This document shows positions 47,291 through 59,439 of a DNA stretch of 64,000 nt, in pieces (the stretch's first letter is position 1; each line of letters starts with the position of its first letter). Source of the DNA: Cirrosporium novae-zelandiae (taxonomy: Eukaryota). The position numbers and the translations under genes were made by a program. The notes below the pieces were generated by a model. It saw only the letters and a list, made by a program, of their open reading frames with translations, was not told the origin of the DNA and ran no database searches. The DNA lies in assembly GCA_026023565.1 (NCBI GenBank), contig JAPETS010000035.1, positions 124,001 to 188,000 on the forward strand. Direction: 5' to 3'.

Positions 47291-48376
47291 ATGTATACTC
47301 CTCCACCTAATTCTACTCCCACTGGAGGAGGGCCTTCCTACTTCCATGCATGGGCTCAGAGAGGTCATCGCTATTCTGAATATTCAGACTATTCTGAACG
47401 CACCTCCCACTCTGCAGGTTCTCTGCCCACATCTTCCGACTCCAATATTAGCCCTAAGACCGAGTCTCCACCTTTACTTCTCGCCCGTGAAAGAAGAAGA
47501 CGCAGGGATTTACGCTCAAGCGATGCACCAAGAGAGTTCTTTTCGGCGGTAGGATCGATTACGGAAGAGATTAGGGTACCGAGCCTAGTGGTCACTCCTC
47601 CTCAGGCCACGCCCCCTCGAGAGCCACAAAATTCACGAAAACCGTCAGTGGCCCGGAAGGTTCTTGACGCTATTAGGATACGCAGCGGGTCGGATTCAAG
47701 CAAAAGTGATGGGAGTCGGCACGGGAGCAGTAAACGTAGACATAGTCGCACATCTATGGACATAGTAAAAGCTGGGAAACAAGACGTTGAATATGGCCAA
47801 AAAAAGTCACCAAAGACCTCAATATTTTCACCGTTTATAGCGATGAAACCTCCTCCCAAGGAGCGACGGGAGAGCCTACCATACGTGCAACAGTACGACT
47901 ACCCGATCGAAACCGAGTCCCCAAAGCCCAAAACCCCATCTCCAGCCCTAAGGAAGCAAGGAAGTAGGAGACCACCTCTCTACCACAGACTTAGAACCCT
48001 CCTTCAGACAAATACCAGAAAATACAGCAGTGATGACAACCTCGGCCGCGCCAACACAGGCAGTAAAACAAACATCCTTCTCCACAAAGCAGCCACAATT
48101 CTCCGAAACTATGACCAAGACCGAAGTCCAGCGCCAAGTTCCCTTTCTACGGTAACGACCACCTCAAGGAGATCACAAATCTTTGGCAGGAACGCAGGCA
48201 TCCACGCCTCCACAACCAGCTCCATCCGTGACCTAAAAAGCGGAAACCCTCCTGTGAATACACCCGACGAGGATGAATACTGTCAAGGATCAACACGAAA
48301 CTTTATGAGGTTTGAAATGACAAGTCCAAACTCGCCTGTATATCTTCCATCGGAAGCTCAGGAGGTAGAGTTTTGA
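47291..48376 (+). CDS. Hypothetical Ser/Arg/Pro-rich, probably disordered protein
   Basis: 361-codon ATG-initiated ORF; no recognised domain. It may splice further at 48364. Confidence 0.65.
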   Translation: MYTPPPNSTPTGGGPSYFHAWAQRGHRYSEYSDYSERTSHSAGSLPTSSDSNISPKTESPPLLLARERRRRRDLRSSDAPREFFSAVGSITEEIRVPSLVVTPPQATPPREPQNSRKPSVARKVLDAIRIRSGSDSSKSDGSRHGSSKRRHSRTSMDIVKAGKQDVEYGQKKSPKTSIFSPFIAMKPPPKERRESLPYVQQYDYPIETESPKPKTPSPALRKQGSRRPPLYHRLRTLLQTNTRKYSSDDNLGRANTGSKTNILLHKAATILRNYDQDRSPAPSSLSTVTTTSRRSQIFGRNAGIHASTTSSIRDLKSGNPPVNTPDEDEYCQGSTRNFMRFEMTSPNSPVYLPSEAQEVEF

Positions 48377-49703
48377 GAAAAAGCGTCCCATCCTACCCTT
48401 TTTTTTTTCTATTCTCTGGTTAAGCTATCAGATTTTTTTGCCTTTCTTGAAAGTCGAGTTTTCTCTTTGATTTCCTCTAAGCCGGTCTTGGGGTTGCACA
48501 AGCACAAAAGGTAGAGGGTGGATGGATAGATGGATGGAAACCCATCCCTATGACAAATATTTTGATCACAATCTCGGAGTTTTGATGACTTTGGTAGATA
48601 TAAAACGTATTCTTAATAATGAATAAAGGGGTTTTCTGAACTAAGTTGTCTGTTTGGAGTTAAATAATTATCGGGTGCTCTTCCTTCCTGTCCTCCCTTT
48701 CCACTTTTTGGGCTTTATACATGGTCAATTTGTTGGATATAACGTAAGTTACCGGGGGTTGGTTAGTTACCAAAAACCTACTTTCGGCATCATTCTCTTC
48801 TTTTCACTTCACCAACCAGCTAACCATTTATATAAATATAAATTATCACATATTTTTTTTTTTTTTGATTTTAGTAAGTGAAGCCATTTAGAGTGGAGAT
48901 TTGGTATTTGTTTTTATTTGTTTGTTTGTTAAAACTGTTATTATATAGGTATGGGTTTTATTATCATGGGATGGGATATAGGATATAGTGGAGTTAGGGT
49001 TTCTGTGATGGAGTAGGGATAGGGATAAAGATTAGATTGGATTGAGGTTGTACAGTACATGTACGTATATATATCTATCTACCTATCTACATACCTACCT
49101 ATCCATCCACCTATCTATCCATCTATCCACCCATTCAGCCAGCCACCTACTATGTAATAGGCAAACCCAGCCATACCATACCATACCCATACCATAATAA
49201 TAATAATAACACAATCCCCCTCTTTTCTCCTCTCCTCTCCTATCCTAGAGGACAAGGCCGAGGTTCAAGAATAAATAAATCACCCGGTATGGATGGATGG
49301 GTAGATGGGATGGATGAAAAGTCAACCAAAGACGCGAAAAGAGGGGGGGGGGAGGGCTTTTTCGAAGTATCTAAGAGGAGAGGAGGTAAGAAGGATTGAA
49401 TCTTGGATCTTGAGCCTTGAATTGAGGATTGGTGGAAACGGGGAGAGGAATCGAGGGATAGGGGAATAGGGTTGAGGAGGAGGGGGAGAGGGGGCGTACC
49501 TTGGTCGGCTTCCTAGAACTGTTCTACATGCCGCTTCGTAGAGAAGGGAAAGAAGAGTTTTTTTTTTTTGCTTTTTGGATATTAATCATTAATCATTATC
49601 GCCGTCATAATCAGCGTCCTTACATGAGTGGAGTTTGATTGCAATTGGAAATATCGACGTGTTATAGTCGGTGAATCAGTTCGCTATGTATGTATACATT
49701 TGA

Positions 49704-51984
49704 TCATTGACATGGTAAGTTTTCATTGGTATTAGGAAGCTCGAAATCGCGGATGAGATTATCCCAATCCGACCAATCTGTGGGGCTCGGGATAAGCGTT
49801 GTGGTGGGGTTCGGTAGCAGCGATGGGTCAAAGCCTGTGGTCATATTGACGGGGAGGGTGCCGTAGTTCTGGGTGAAAGCATCACCCATGAGCTGTTCGC
49901 CCGTGGCAAAATCCATGGGCATATTAAAGGTGGGGGGGGTTTGGGGAACGTTTTTCATTCTTTGGGACCGCAGGATAGTGATGAAGCCCGGCGGGCTTGG
50001 GCGCGGCGAGCTTGGGTGCTGCGGGCTTGGGTGTTGCCCGAGATATGCCGCCTCGCGAGCCTCCCAGGCTTTGAGCGTCAGGTTACCAATGGCGATATAC
50101 AACGCCATTTTGGGGCGGGTGATGACCTCCGGGCGAAACTCGAAGACTTGACCCACCTGTCGCCATGCTGCATCTGCAGCGTCTCCTGACGTCCGATCGC
50201 GAAGTTCGCGGAGAACGGCAACCAGCGCACGCCATTGGAAATGGTTTTTTATATTCCACATAAAACGTTGGATGCATGTTGTCGATTGCGCTAGGTTGAA
50301 AATTTCAATCATCTTTAAACTGCAGGAAAAGACGACGTCCCTGTCGCTTTGAGGACAGCTCACACCTTTGTCCGTGAATTGACGGGGGCGGTGCGCTACC
50401 AGCCTCATCCTGCATATGGCGCCTTTGGCAACCAGCGTGGTGAGGAAATGTAATGGGATTGATGGATCGCAATGCCTTACGATCCTTCGTTCTAGTACTC
50501 GTTCAAACTCGTCAATGGCTTTGTCTTTATCAGCGGTGGGTATAGAAGACGTGCTTAACCCTTGCCAGCCGGCGTCAAATGCACCGCCAGCAATCGTGTT
50601 CCGCAGACATTCACCAACTTCGCAATGTACCCTGCAATATATCATTTCGGTTGGACCTGAATGTTCTACGGGAAATTCCGTCATATTAGGGTTCAGGTCT
50701 CTGTCGTTGAAGTTTGAAGGCGTCTTTGTGTCCCAGGCACGGTGCAGGATCGAAAGTCCTACACCACAAAGCTCTCCAGTAAGCGCATCGAGCAAAACAA
50801 TCTGCAACCACAGCCGACGGCGCATTTCAGTCTCGAACGGGGAAATGCCGAGCGAAACACCATCGTGATGAAGGCCTATTCTTTGGCCGATTCGAATGGC
50901 AATGCCCACCAGAACCCATGAAGCACGAGGATCATAATGGTCGCGAACAGAAATCTGTGACTCCAGTTATTAGATAACCAGCATCAACATAAAAATATCG
51001 GGGTAGGCTTACTATAAAAAGCACCAACGCTTGGAGAACACTCAGCTCAGAAGTTTGAAGAAATCCAGCACGAGCCAAAGCTTGTTTTGTCGCATACCGA
51101 TATCTAGCCGCAAGCATCGATTTCTCCTCGCCCATAATGCTTTCACATTCTACGTCACTCAAGGAACCGACGGAGCAGGAGTAAATTGCAAACATCAGTG
51201 CCTCCAGACCCTTTGGCACCGCTTCCAAATTCGCACTCGCCTCAAGGATTGCCTGTTGGACTGTAGGTGTATGAAACAATTTAATTATAGGATCGACGTT
51301 ATCCAGGAAAGCCTGCCATAGCCTAAAGATCTGGACCGGTTGAGGATGAAGATTCTGCAGGGTCGTGGTTAGAGACGTAGAACCGAAAATCAAATCACCC
51401 CCGTCTTCAGGATAGGCCAAATCAGAGGCAGATGGAGTAGGCGGGTCGGATATTCCATCCTCAGATTGTCCATGAAACATCTCATTTGTATCTGCAAACT
51501 CGTCGCTCAAACCAGTCCATAGACTATTTTCCAAATATCTTGAACTTCCTCCTGGCAATATCAATTTTCCACCATTATCCGGCACTGGAGATCTTGCATC
51601 CCTTAATCTGCTGCCGACTTGGCCAGCCTCGGTGTGGTATTCCCCAAGGGAGACCCGGTCCATTTGTTCCTCATTACCAGTAGCATGATCATCTCCATCA
51701 ACGGGATCAATATTTATACCATTTTGCTTCAGGAGTTTCTCGCATCGATCGAGTCGCGCAAGCAAATCCGCTTCGGTAACCCGCTTTTTACGGCGACGTG
51801 GGGGTGCTGGGGCTCGGAAAACGCATTCAACACGAGCTTTGGCACAGGTGGAGCAGGGGTATTTCTTGTCGCATTTCACTTTTCGCTGGGCGCATAGCAC
51901 GCAAGAGTAGCGCTTCGGAGCCTTGGCGGCTGATGGACCTGACCCTGGGGGCAAGTTCGAATTGGTAGTGTCTGCTGTAGACAT
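49704..51984 (-). CDS. Zn(II)2Cys6 transcription factor with fungal-specific TF domain
   Basis: SCVLCAQRKVKCDKKYPCSTCAKARVEC and SPFETEMRRRLWLQI. One intron at ~50951-51011. Confidence 0.93.
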
Positions 51985-52772
51985 TTTAGTTGCAATAGTT
52001 GTGGCTGAAGATGCGAGATCAGAAGGGTTTATGGAGTTGAGGATGAGGTCATGCTTGTGGATGATATATCATATATCTGTAAAGATGGTTTCCCAAACTC
52101 AATTCCTCGACAACAGGCACATAGAAAAAGGTTATTTACGATATATTCATCTCGACAGAGCTTCCAGAAATTGATAGTTGTTAGTATTCTATTTTGACAT
52201 TGTTGTAAGGCAGGCAACCGCTTTCTAATTTCTCTCATTCGCTTATCACTCGCTTATCTTTAGGCATCAAAGGAGTCCAATCCTCCGACTAGTCATGGGC
52301 AAAATACCATTTGTTTAATACATACGTGTATGTCCTGTATATACGGAAAAATAATAGATATGGGCATAGTATTTTTATATATAAATATCATATGCTTGAG
52401 CCAATTATATAATCCAATAGATTGGCTTCAGGTTATATACCACGTGATATATATAATCACGTGGATATTTATATAGTCTAATAGATACACGTCCTTATAC
52501 GTACACGAGACAATTCATACAAAAAATACTGTATGGCCCGGTCCAATACTACCTCCAACTGACGGTAAGCTTAACAAACCTACCCCTGGACTACTCCGCA
52601 TTCTTACAAAATTTGGATTTACAGCTTATGCTCAGGTGGATAATATTTCATCAAATTAATTATACTCATCTATTTTAAGATTCTATCCAGTAAAGTCTAT
52701 CGTGTGAGAACAGAATATCCATCTTGTATAATTGATTCACGACCACCGAATCAACTATTACCATCTCCTTGT

Positions 52773-54444
52773 TTAATGGCCTCCAGGTTTTCGACCCCTA
52801 ACTGACTTCCATTCCATTCCAAGTGCGCCAACAATGGAGGCACAGGCAGCTCCCAATGCAACCTTAAATGCTTGTGACAACGCATGGTTATAAGCAGAAA
52901 GCACTAGATCGAGATACTTTGCACTGATAACGTCCTTGAGGCTTGTGGCACCCGCATTCACAACAACATCAGGGTCAATATTTGGTATATTTTTTAAGCC
53001 TGCGATCAAGTGGTTTGTGAAAACATTCTCGCCGACGGAGACGAAAAGAGCACCACCCAGTGATTGTGCAAAGAACATCATAGACGCACCGACCGAAACA
53101 TCCTTTTTAGAGAGAACTGTTTGTGCAGCCACGCTCGCTTGCTGCATGGCAAGCCCGATGCCGAATCCAAAAACAACCTGGTATCCAATCCATTTGGGAT
53201 GCCCTGTATTGATCGTGAACGTCGTGAGAAGGCCGGCGCCAATACTCATCAAGACACTGCCGATATACATAAATGGGACGTAATAGCCGATTTTTGTGAC
53301 AAGGAATCCAGCCAGAATACTACCAATAACAAGACTAAGAACCAATGGAATACTCATGATCCCAGATTTAACGGCAGTCGCACCCTTGATGGCCTGGAAC
53401 CATATGGGTAAATAATAGACGATAAGCATCATCGCTGAGCCAGCACAGAAAGCATATGTGACCCCAAAAGCTATACTGCGTTGTTTAATGATTCGAGGAG
53501 GCACTGTAGCATTATCCTGTTTCCACACCTGCACGGCGATAAAGGCCAGAATCAGGACCCCGAAGAGCACAAGGAGAGCTATAATTCTTCCATTACTCCA
53601 TTCGTACGTTGAACCTCCCCATTGCAATGCCAATATGAGACACACCATGCTGGGCAAGAAAAAGAATGTTCCCAGCAGGTCAAATCGAACAAGCTGCTCT
53701 CGGAAGGATAGGTTTCTATTCTCGTGGCTAGGAAGTTGCAGAATAAATATGATCACAATCATTGCCACACCACCAATCGGGAGATTTATGTAGAAGCACC
53801 ATCTCCAAGACACGTGGGTGGTGAAAGCCCCGCCGACCAATGGGCCGGCAACTGACGCAATTCCGGACATGGCGCCTAGTAAGCCGCTATATAAAGGTCG
53901 CTTATGGAGCGGGAAACAATGCACGATGATGACAATAGCACCAGAAAAGGTACCTGATGACCCTATGCCCGCAATAGCGCGACCGATGATAAACGACGTG
54001 GAATTGGGAGCAGCGCCGCAAATGGCGGACCCGATTTCGAATAATGCAACTGTGGCTAAGAAGACCCATTTCGGAGAATAGAAGGTGTAGATCTTGCCAA
54101 AGAGTAATTGAAAACCGCAGGAGGTAAGCAGATATGCACTTGCATACCAGCCAACATCACCTAAAGAGTTGAATTCATCGGTGATGCTAGGAATTGCCGT
54201 AGCAACGATGGTACGGTCCTATGATGGTTAATTCGGAGTTCATATATATCAAGGGAGGTTGACTAACCAGTGCAACTAATAATACAGCCAAATAGAGTGC
54301 AAGAAGTATCAAAGAGACAGATTTCCCATCTGGGTATTTTGTGTCATCTTCAACATGGTTAGAAATCGAGGATTCTTCTTGAGAAGAAGCCTTTTCGGGA
54401 TCGACAGGTTGAGCGTCTTTGGACAACTCCAGACTTGAAGCCAT
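52773..54444 (-). CDS. MFS DHA2 (14-TM) drug/toxin efflux transporter
   Basis: [45 protein letters not shown] and many TM segments. Intron ~54219-54268. Confidence 0.93.
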
Positions 54445-55055
54445 GGCTAATGAAAATAGTTGGATAGAAGAGTGAATAATTCAATGGATAGGGAGGGACA
54501 GACAAAATATATAATAACAAGTAAGTATTCTTTTTGCGAGTCTAAGTTTGTCAGGAGTCTGACAGTTGTTCACAATGCTTTGTGGATTAAAAGAATGGGG
54601 ATTTTTGGAATTTATAAAGTCGATACTTGTCTGATTGATCCAAAAGTCATTCATAGCACTACAATATATTGACTGTCCATCACGGAGTCTGGATCAGTCT
54701 GCATTTACCCAGGTTGTAGGGTTCGGGTCCGAATTATGGCGGAGGGCCCGAGAAAAAAATGATGCTACATCCGTCTCCACGCCAAACCCACTCTCGAACC
54801 CAACATAATATAATACGCATGAATGCTTAGAATATCGGCCGATGATGATAATAAGTCGATGACTTCTTTAGGAGGTGAGAAGGGTGGAAAAATGGAGGAG
54901 TCCAGGGTCCTGCTGATGTTTGATGTCGGCGTGTTCGGTATTCCGTCCCTAAAAATAAAACATTCGGGAGTCAGGGCTACAACTAATTCCCATCGAGAAA
55001 CTAACAACAGCACATTTCACTAACGCATCGCCAACTTTGGCCTAAATTTTTCTAT

Positions 55056-58000
55056 CTATCTCGTGTTAAAGTCTTCTATAACGCTTCGAGGCTCTTGATA
55101 TTTTCCAATGCTAGTCCACTCCATATCCAGCCCGAACCCTTGTGGCCCACCAACTCGCAACCCTCGAGGATCGCCTGTCCACAGAGGATGAGCTGGCATC
55201 CCAATAACCTTGACCTTCAACCCAAATCTCAGTTCAGGGCTTCCTATTGCTTCTCCATCCTGACCAAGTATCGAAATGAGGTCCGGAACGGTGCATATGA
55301 CATCTTCTTTTCCCTCGCTAACGGTAGGGTCGAGATAGGCTGCGTACAAGTATTCATTCTGGAATGGGATTACCAAGTGCCGTTGCTCGTCTACTGTATC
55401 AGAAGATGACACCTCCTCCCTCTCATCCTCGGAGAGTGGCCCGATGATGCATTCTCCGACTGTATAGCCTCTGCTAATATCCCTCTTCACATCAATAATC
55501 TTCCCAGTATATAGCAGTTTTCCTGGACTGACATCGAACTGAATAGTTTTGTTAGCCTTTTCTTCATCGAGAAACTCTACACCTATGTTACACTAGGGAC
55601 TTACAATTGCTTTGATGAGGTCTGTCTTTATCCTCCTGGCAAGATGAATTGCTCTTCCTAAATACCATGATTGGGATAATGTGTTTGGAACGATATATTT
55701 CTTGACGGCCTCCCCCATTAGTGGTCTTTCTGTCACACCTGCCATGAGTCCAAGTTCGACGGCCGTTGTACGAAGCATCGATTCGACTCTAGCGTTCGAC
55801 TCAGCGTTCATGACAATAGACACATTACCTTTGGCGTCTGCTAAAGCACAAGGCGTAATGGGCTGTCCGTATACGTATGGTGTTCCATGTTCCATAGTTG
55901 GATCTTGATCAGTCAGCCACAGAAAATGGAGTATACAGGAGCAAACATCTTACACGCGCGACCCATAAAATCCCCATCGACAACCGGTTTATCGAAATGT
56001 ACACTGGTGGGAAATGTTGCCAATCCATTCCCACCACCAATTTCATCTGCCACAACTGCGTCGAAATCCTTGTAGCCAAGGAGTTTGTTTAACGACTCTA
56101 TAGCTGTTAAAATTTCTGTTCCTGCAGGAAGCCTCTCGCCTGAAACAGAGGGAGCCCCATACCAGCTACCAAAACACAGGATGTCTGTGTCTTTAAGACT
56201 CTTGGGTGCAATGACGCGCAATTTCCCAGTTCCTCCATTTCTCAAATATCTCAATCCTACCAAATATTGAATGTATGATGGGCCTCCTCCTCCGCATCCT
56301 AATACGCCAACTCCAGAAGCTATAAACTCAAGGTCAACGGGGGATAGATACCAGACATTGTTTTTAACATCTGGACGATAAGATGGAATGTCAATTTCCA
56401 GAGATGGCTTGACTGATGATTTTGAAGTATCAGCAGAAGTCGCTTGCTTTTCCTTCATCTCTTGAGCCTCTTCCTCATCGGTGACATATGTTGCTTCTTG
56501 ATTATCTTTGACAGTCCCTGCTGATTCTTGCCGGAGCCTTCCCACAACTTTTACGATAATCCGAGTTGCTTTGTTAGTGGTGTATGAAAGGGGAAGCTTC
56601 TCTAATTCAACTATTTTGATATCATCCTTATCAGCGCCTTTCTCAATAGCATTTGCTATTGCCTTTGCCTCTGCTGCTTGAATAATGTCTTTTTCCTCAC
56701 GACCAGACAGGATCTCAATGACATCAACTTCACCGGCAACTTTGGCTATAGCTGCTCCTACAGCATTGGCAGAATCGTGGTGAGGTGGTCTTATGCATTC
56801 CGCTACCCCTTCGAGATCGTCCATGTGAACTATGGAGCCACCGCCCACAAGAAGCGCTGTCACGGGAGCGGCGGACACTTTCATGTTATCAATTACTCTT
56901 TCCAGTAGTCTCTTTATCTGGCTCCGAGCTTTTGCAACCACATCGGACGAAATCCCCCTGACCTTCTCAGGATTTCCAACGATTTCAGCCCCTGACGCTA
57001 CAACAATATCAGTGGCGGTCATGACATTGCCGTCGAATACCATTGCTTTTGTTGTAAGGTAATGTCCAACAGAATCTGGTCCAACGGTCACTTTGCCACT
57101 TGTTTCGTCGACACCAATTCGACTTCCACCTCCAAGGCCAATTGAAAGAACCTCAGGCATCGAGAAGGCTGTCCTAACACCACCAACCTCGACAAAATTT
57201 GGTGCTTGGCGAGGGAACCCAGAGGGAAGCAATGCACAAACATCGGTGGTTGTTCCTCCGATATCGACTACAAGTACCTGCCTATCTATTCTGTTTGAGC
57301 CTGGTTTATCCAGTCCGGCAAGAAACGCTGCTCCGGTCATACTATTTGTAGGCCCGCTTGCAAAGGTCTTGATCGGATACCTGGCCGCAGTATCTGCGTC
57401 GGTCAGTGTGCCATCATTCTGCGTTAGATACAGCTGGCAGGTAAGATTCATTTCTTTGATGGCACGACGAAATCCTCCTATGGTTTTTTTTGCGAGGGAA
57501 AGGATCGATGCATTCAAAATCGTTGCATTTTCTCGTTCCAGTAATCCTGGCCCCCCAATGGCATGGGAGCAGACAATTGACAGTGAGGAATCACACTCGA
57601 GCATTATCTTTTTGCAAGCCTCTTCGTGAATGCCTTCATGGTCAAGGGGAGAGAAGACGCCGACCAATGCGACCATTGTGATCCCTTCATCCTTGATAGC
57701 TTTTACTGCGCTTTTTATTTGGGTGGGATTTAGTGGAAGAATTTCCCGACCATCGATCTCAAGTCCTATAGTTGATACTCATGAGCTGCGTGCTGAAGAA
57801 AAAACCGAAGGAGGTGAGTGGTAGAAACAGATGATGCGCTTACCGCCATCGAGGTAGAAGGCTGGCCCTGAAATAATATTTTTGAGGGCAGGAGGGAAAT
57901 CTTCGTAAGGGGGGATCTTGAGTGGCGTTAAATTAAGCATCTAATAATATTTATACGAGTATTTAAAACCTCTCTTGTGAATGGCCCGCATAGTCTAACG

Positions 58001-58272
58001 ACGGCCACCTTGTTCAATAACCTTGCGTCTGCTTCCACGATGGCATTCACGAAATGTGTAGTGCCAATGGCAATACTCAAGACATGGCCACGGTCAACAC
58101 CTGACTTGTCCAATACTCTGTGAACAACCTCCTTGATTCCACTGGTGACGTCGGGCGTTGTTGGAGTTTTGCATGAGGCTAGGACTCCCCGTGATGGCGT
58201 CGATATAGATCCTGTGTCCAATATTGCGGCATCAGTATTGGTGCCACCAACGTCAACACCAATGCGATACAT
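55056..58272 (-). CDS. Hydantoinase/oxoprolinase A-like domain fused to DUF917
   Basis: IGVDVGGTNTDA, IGTTHFVNA, TFASGPTNS and VVDIGGTTTD (hydantoinase A/ASKHA motifs), then GVLGCGGGG, EIGGGNG, VDGDFMGRA, IPFQNEYL and CTVPDLI (DUF917). About four introns. Confidence 0.9.
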
Positions 58273-59439
58273 TGTACGGGCGATAGACTGACTATTAAGT
58301 GAGATAAAAGGTCAGGAATAGTCAGGGGTCCGATAAGATGGGAAAGGTCAGATCTATACATTGATAGCTATATGTATATTTTCTCGATCCATAGCGGGAC
58401 TATGTGGTGTACCATTCTGCTGGATTCGAGTAGTCAGGATTATAAGAGTTCAGGACCCAGTTTTGTTGCAGTGTGTACGAGTTATATTTTGTCATACAGA
58501 TAACGGGCCGATCTTATCAACCCTTAGCCCCAACCGACACGTCTGGTCCGATATCCGGAGGGCGTGTGGTTTGTCCATCTTTGCCCATCTTTGCCGGTAA
58601 TATAATCATCCTGAGGAAAACTTGTCATTTTTGGAAGCTGATGGAGAAGCCCGTGGTAAGTTTGACCTCCATTGTAACTAGCCATCATTTCGTCGCATAC
58701 ACGGTAGTTATGATAAGCCAGCCCAGACTAAATGAAATGGATAGAAACCACCTTTTGAAGCCAGCAGCTATTGATTATTTACATTAGGAGACCTTTGAGC
58801 AGAGTAAATATGGAATTAACGATATAATACCTTGATCCTGAAGAGATCTCTGGGCTTCCCCGCAAAGTAACATTACCAATTTCAATCTTCACTTTACTAC
58901 TGGACAAGCACGACAAAGCATCAATGCCAAATGATAAATGATAGTACTCATCGTGAATTAAGTTTATTCCAAGATAAATCGATCGCTTTACTTACTACCT
59001 AATTACCTATGTATCCACTTGGTGCACGATTAGCATCCTACTGAACCACCTCGTCCCACCCTGAGTCCTTGAACTTTCTCTTATCAGCCTCCAAAATAAC
59101 TACAGATTTTGGTAGGCTATCACAGCGCAAGCAAAACAAAGTATTATTCGTGCTTTGCATTGCCTGCCGAAATATTGTCAACATTTTAGCAAATGGATGC
59201 GTGCAGTATCATGTTTCGCAAAGTTCTTATCGCTACGCCGGCTTACAGCATGCTTCTGGGCATCTCCACCGCCTGGAGTAGTGACACTGCATGACTCTAC
59301 ATATCAGAGGGTGGTCCTGGGGAGGAACTGATTTACCTTGCAGAGCTAATGTACCAGGCCTCATCTCTAATTTTTTCTCCCTGTTCGTCCACCTTGTCCT
59401 TCATCCTTCTCATCGTTAATTCCAGGACTCGTCGCAACC
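58273..59439. promoter_or_regulatory. GATA-rich bidirectional promoter
   Basis: 13 HGATAR sites counted by eye at 58281, 58302, 58331, 58362, 58498, 58514, 58711, 58932, 58939, 58972, 59081, 59117 and 59227. Confidence 0.55.
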
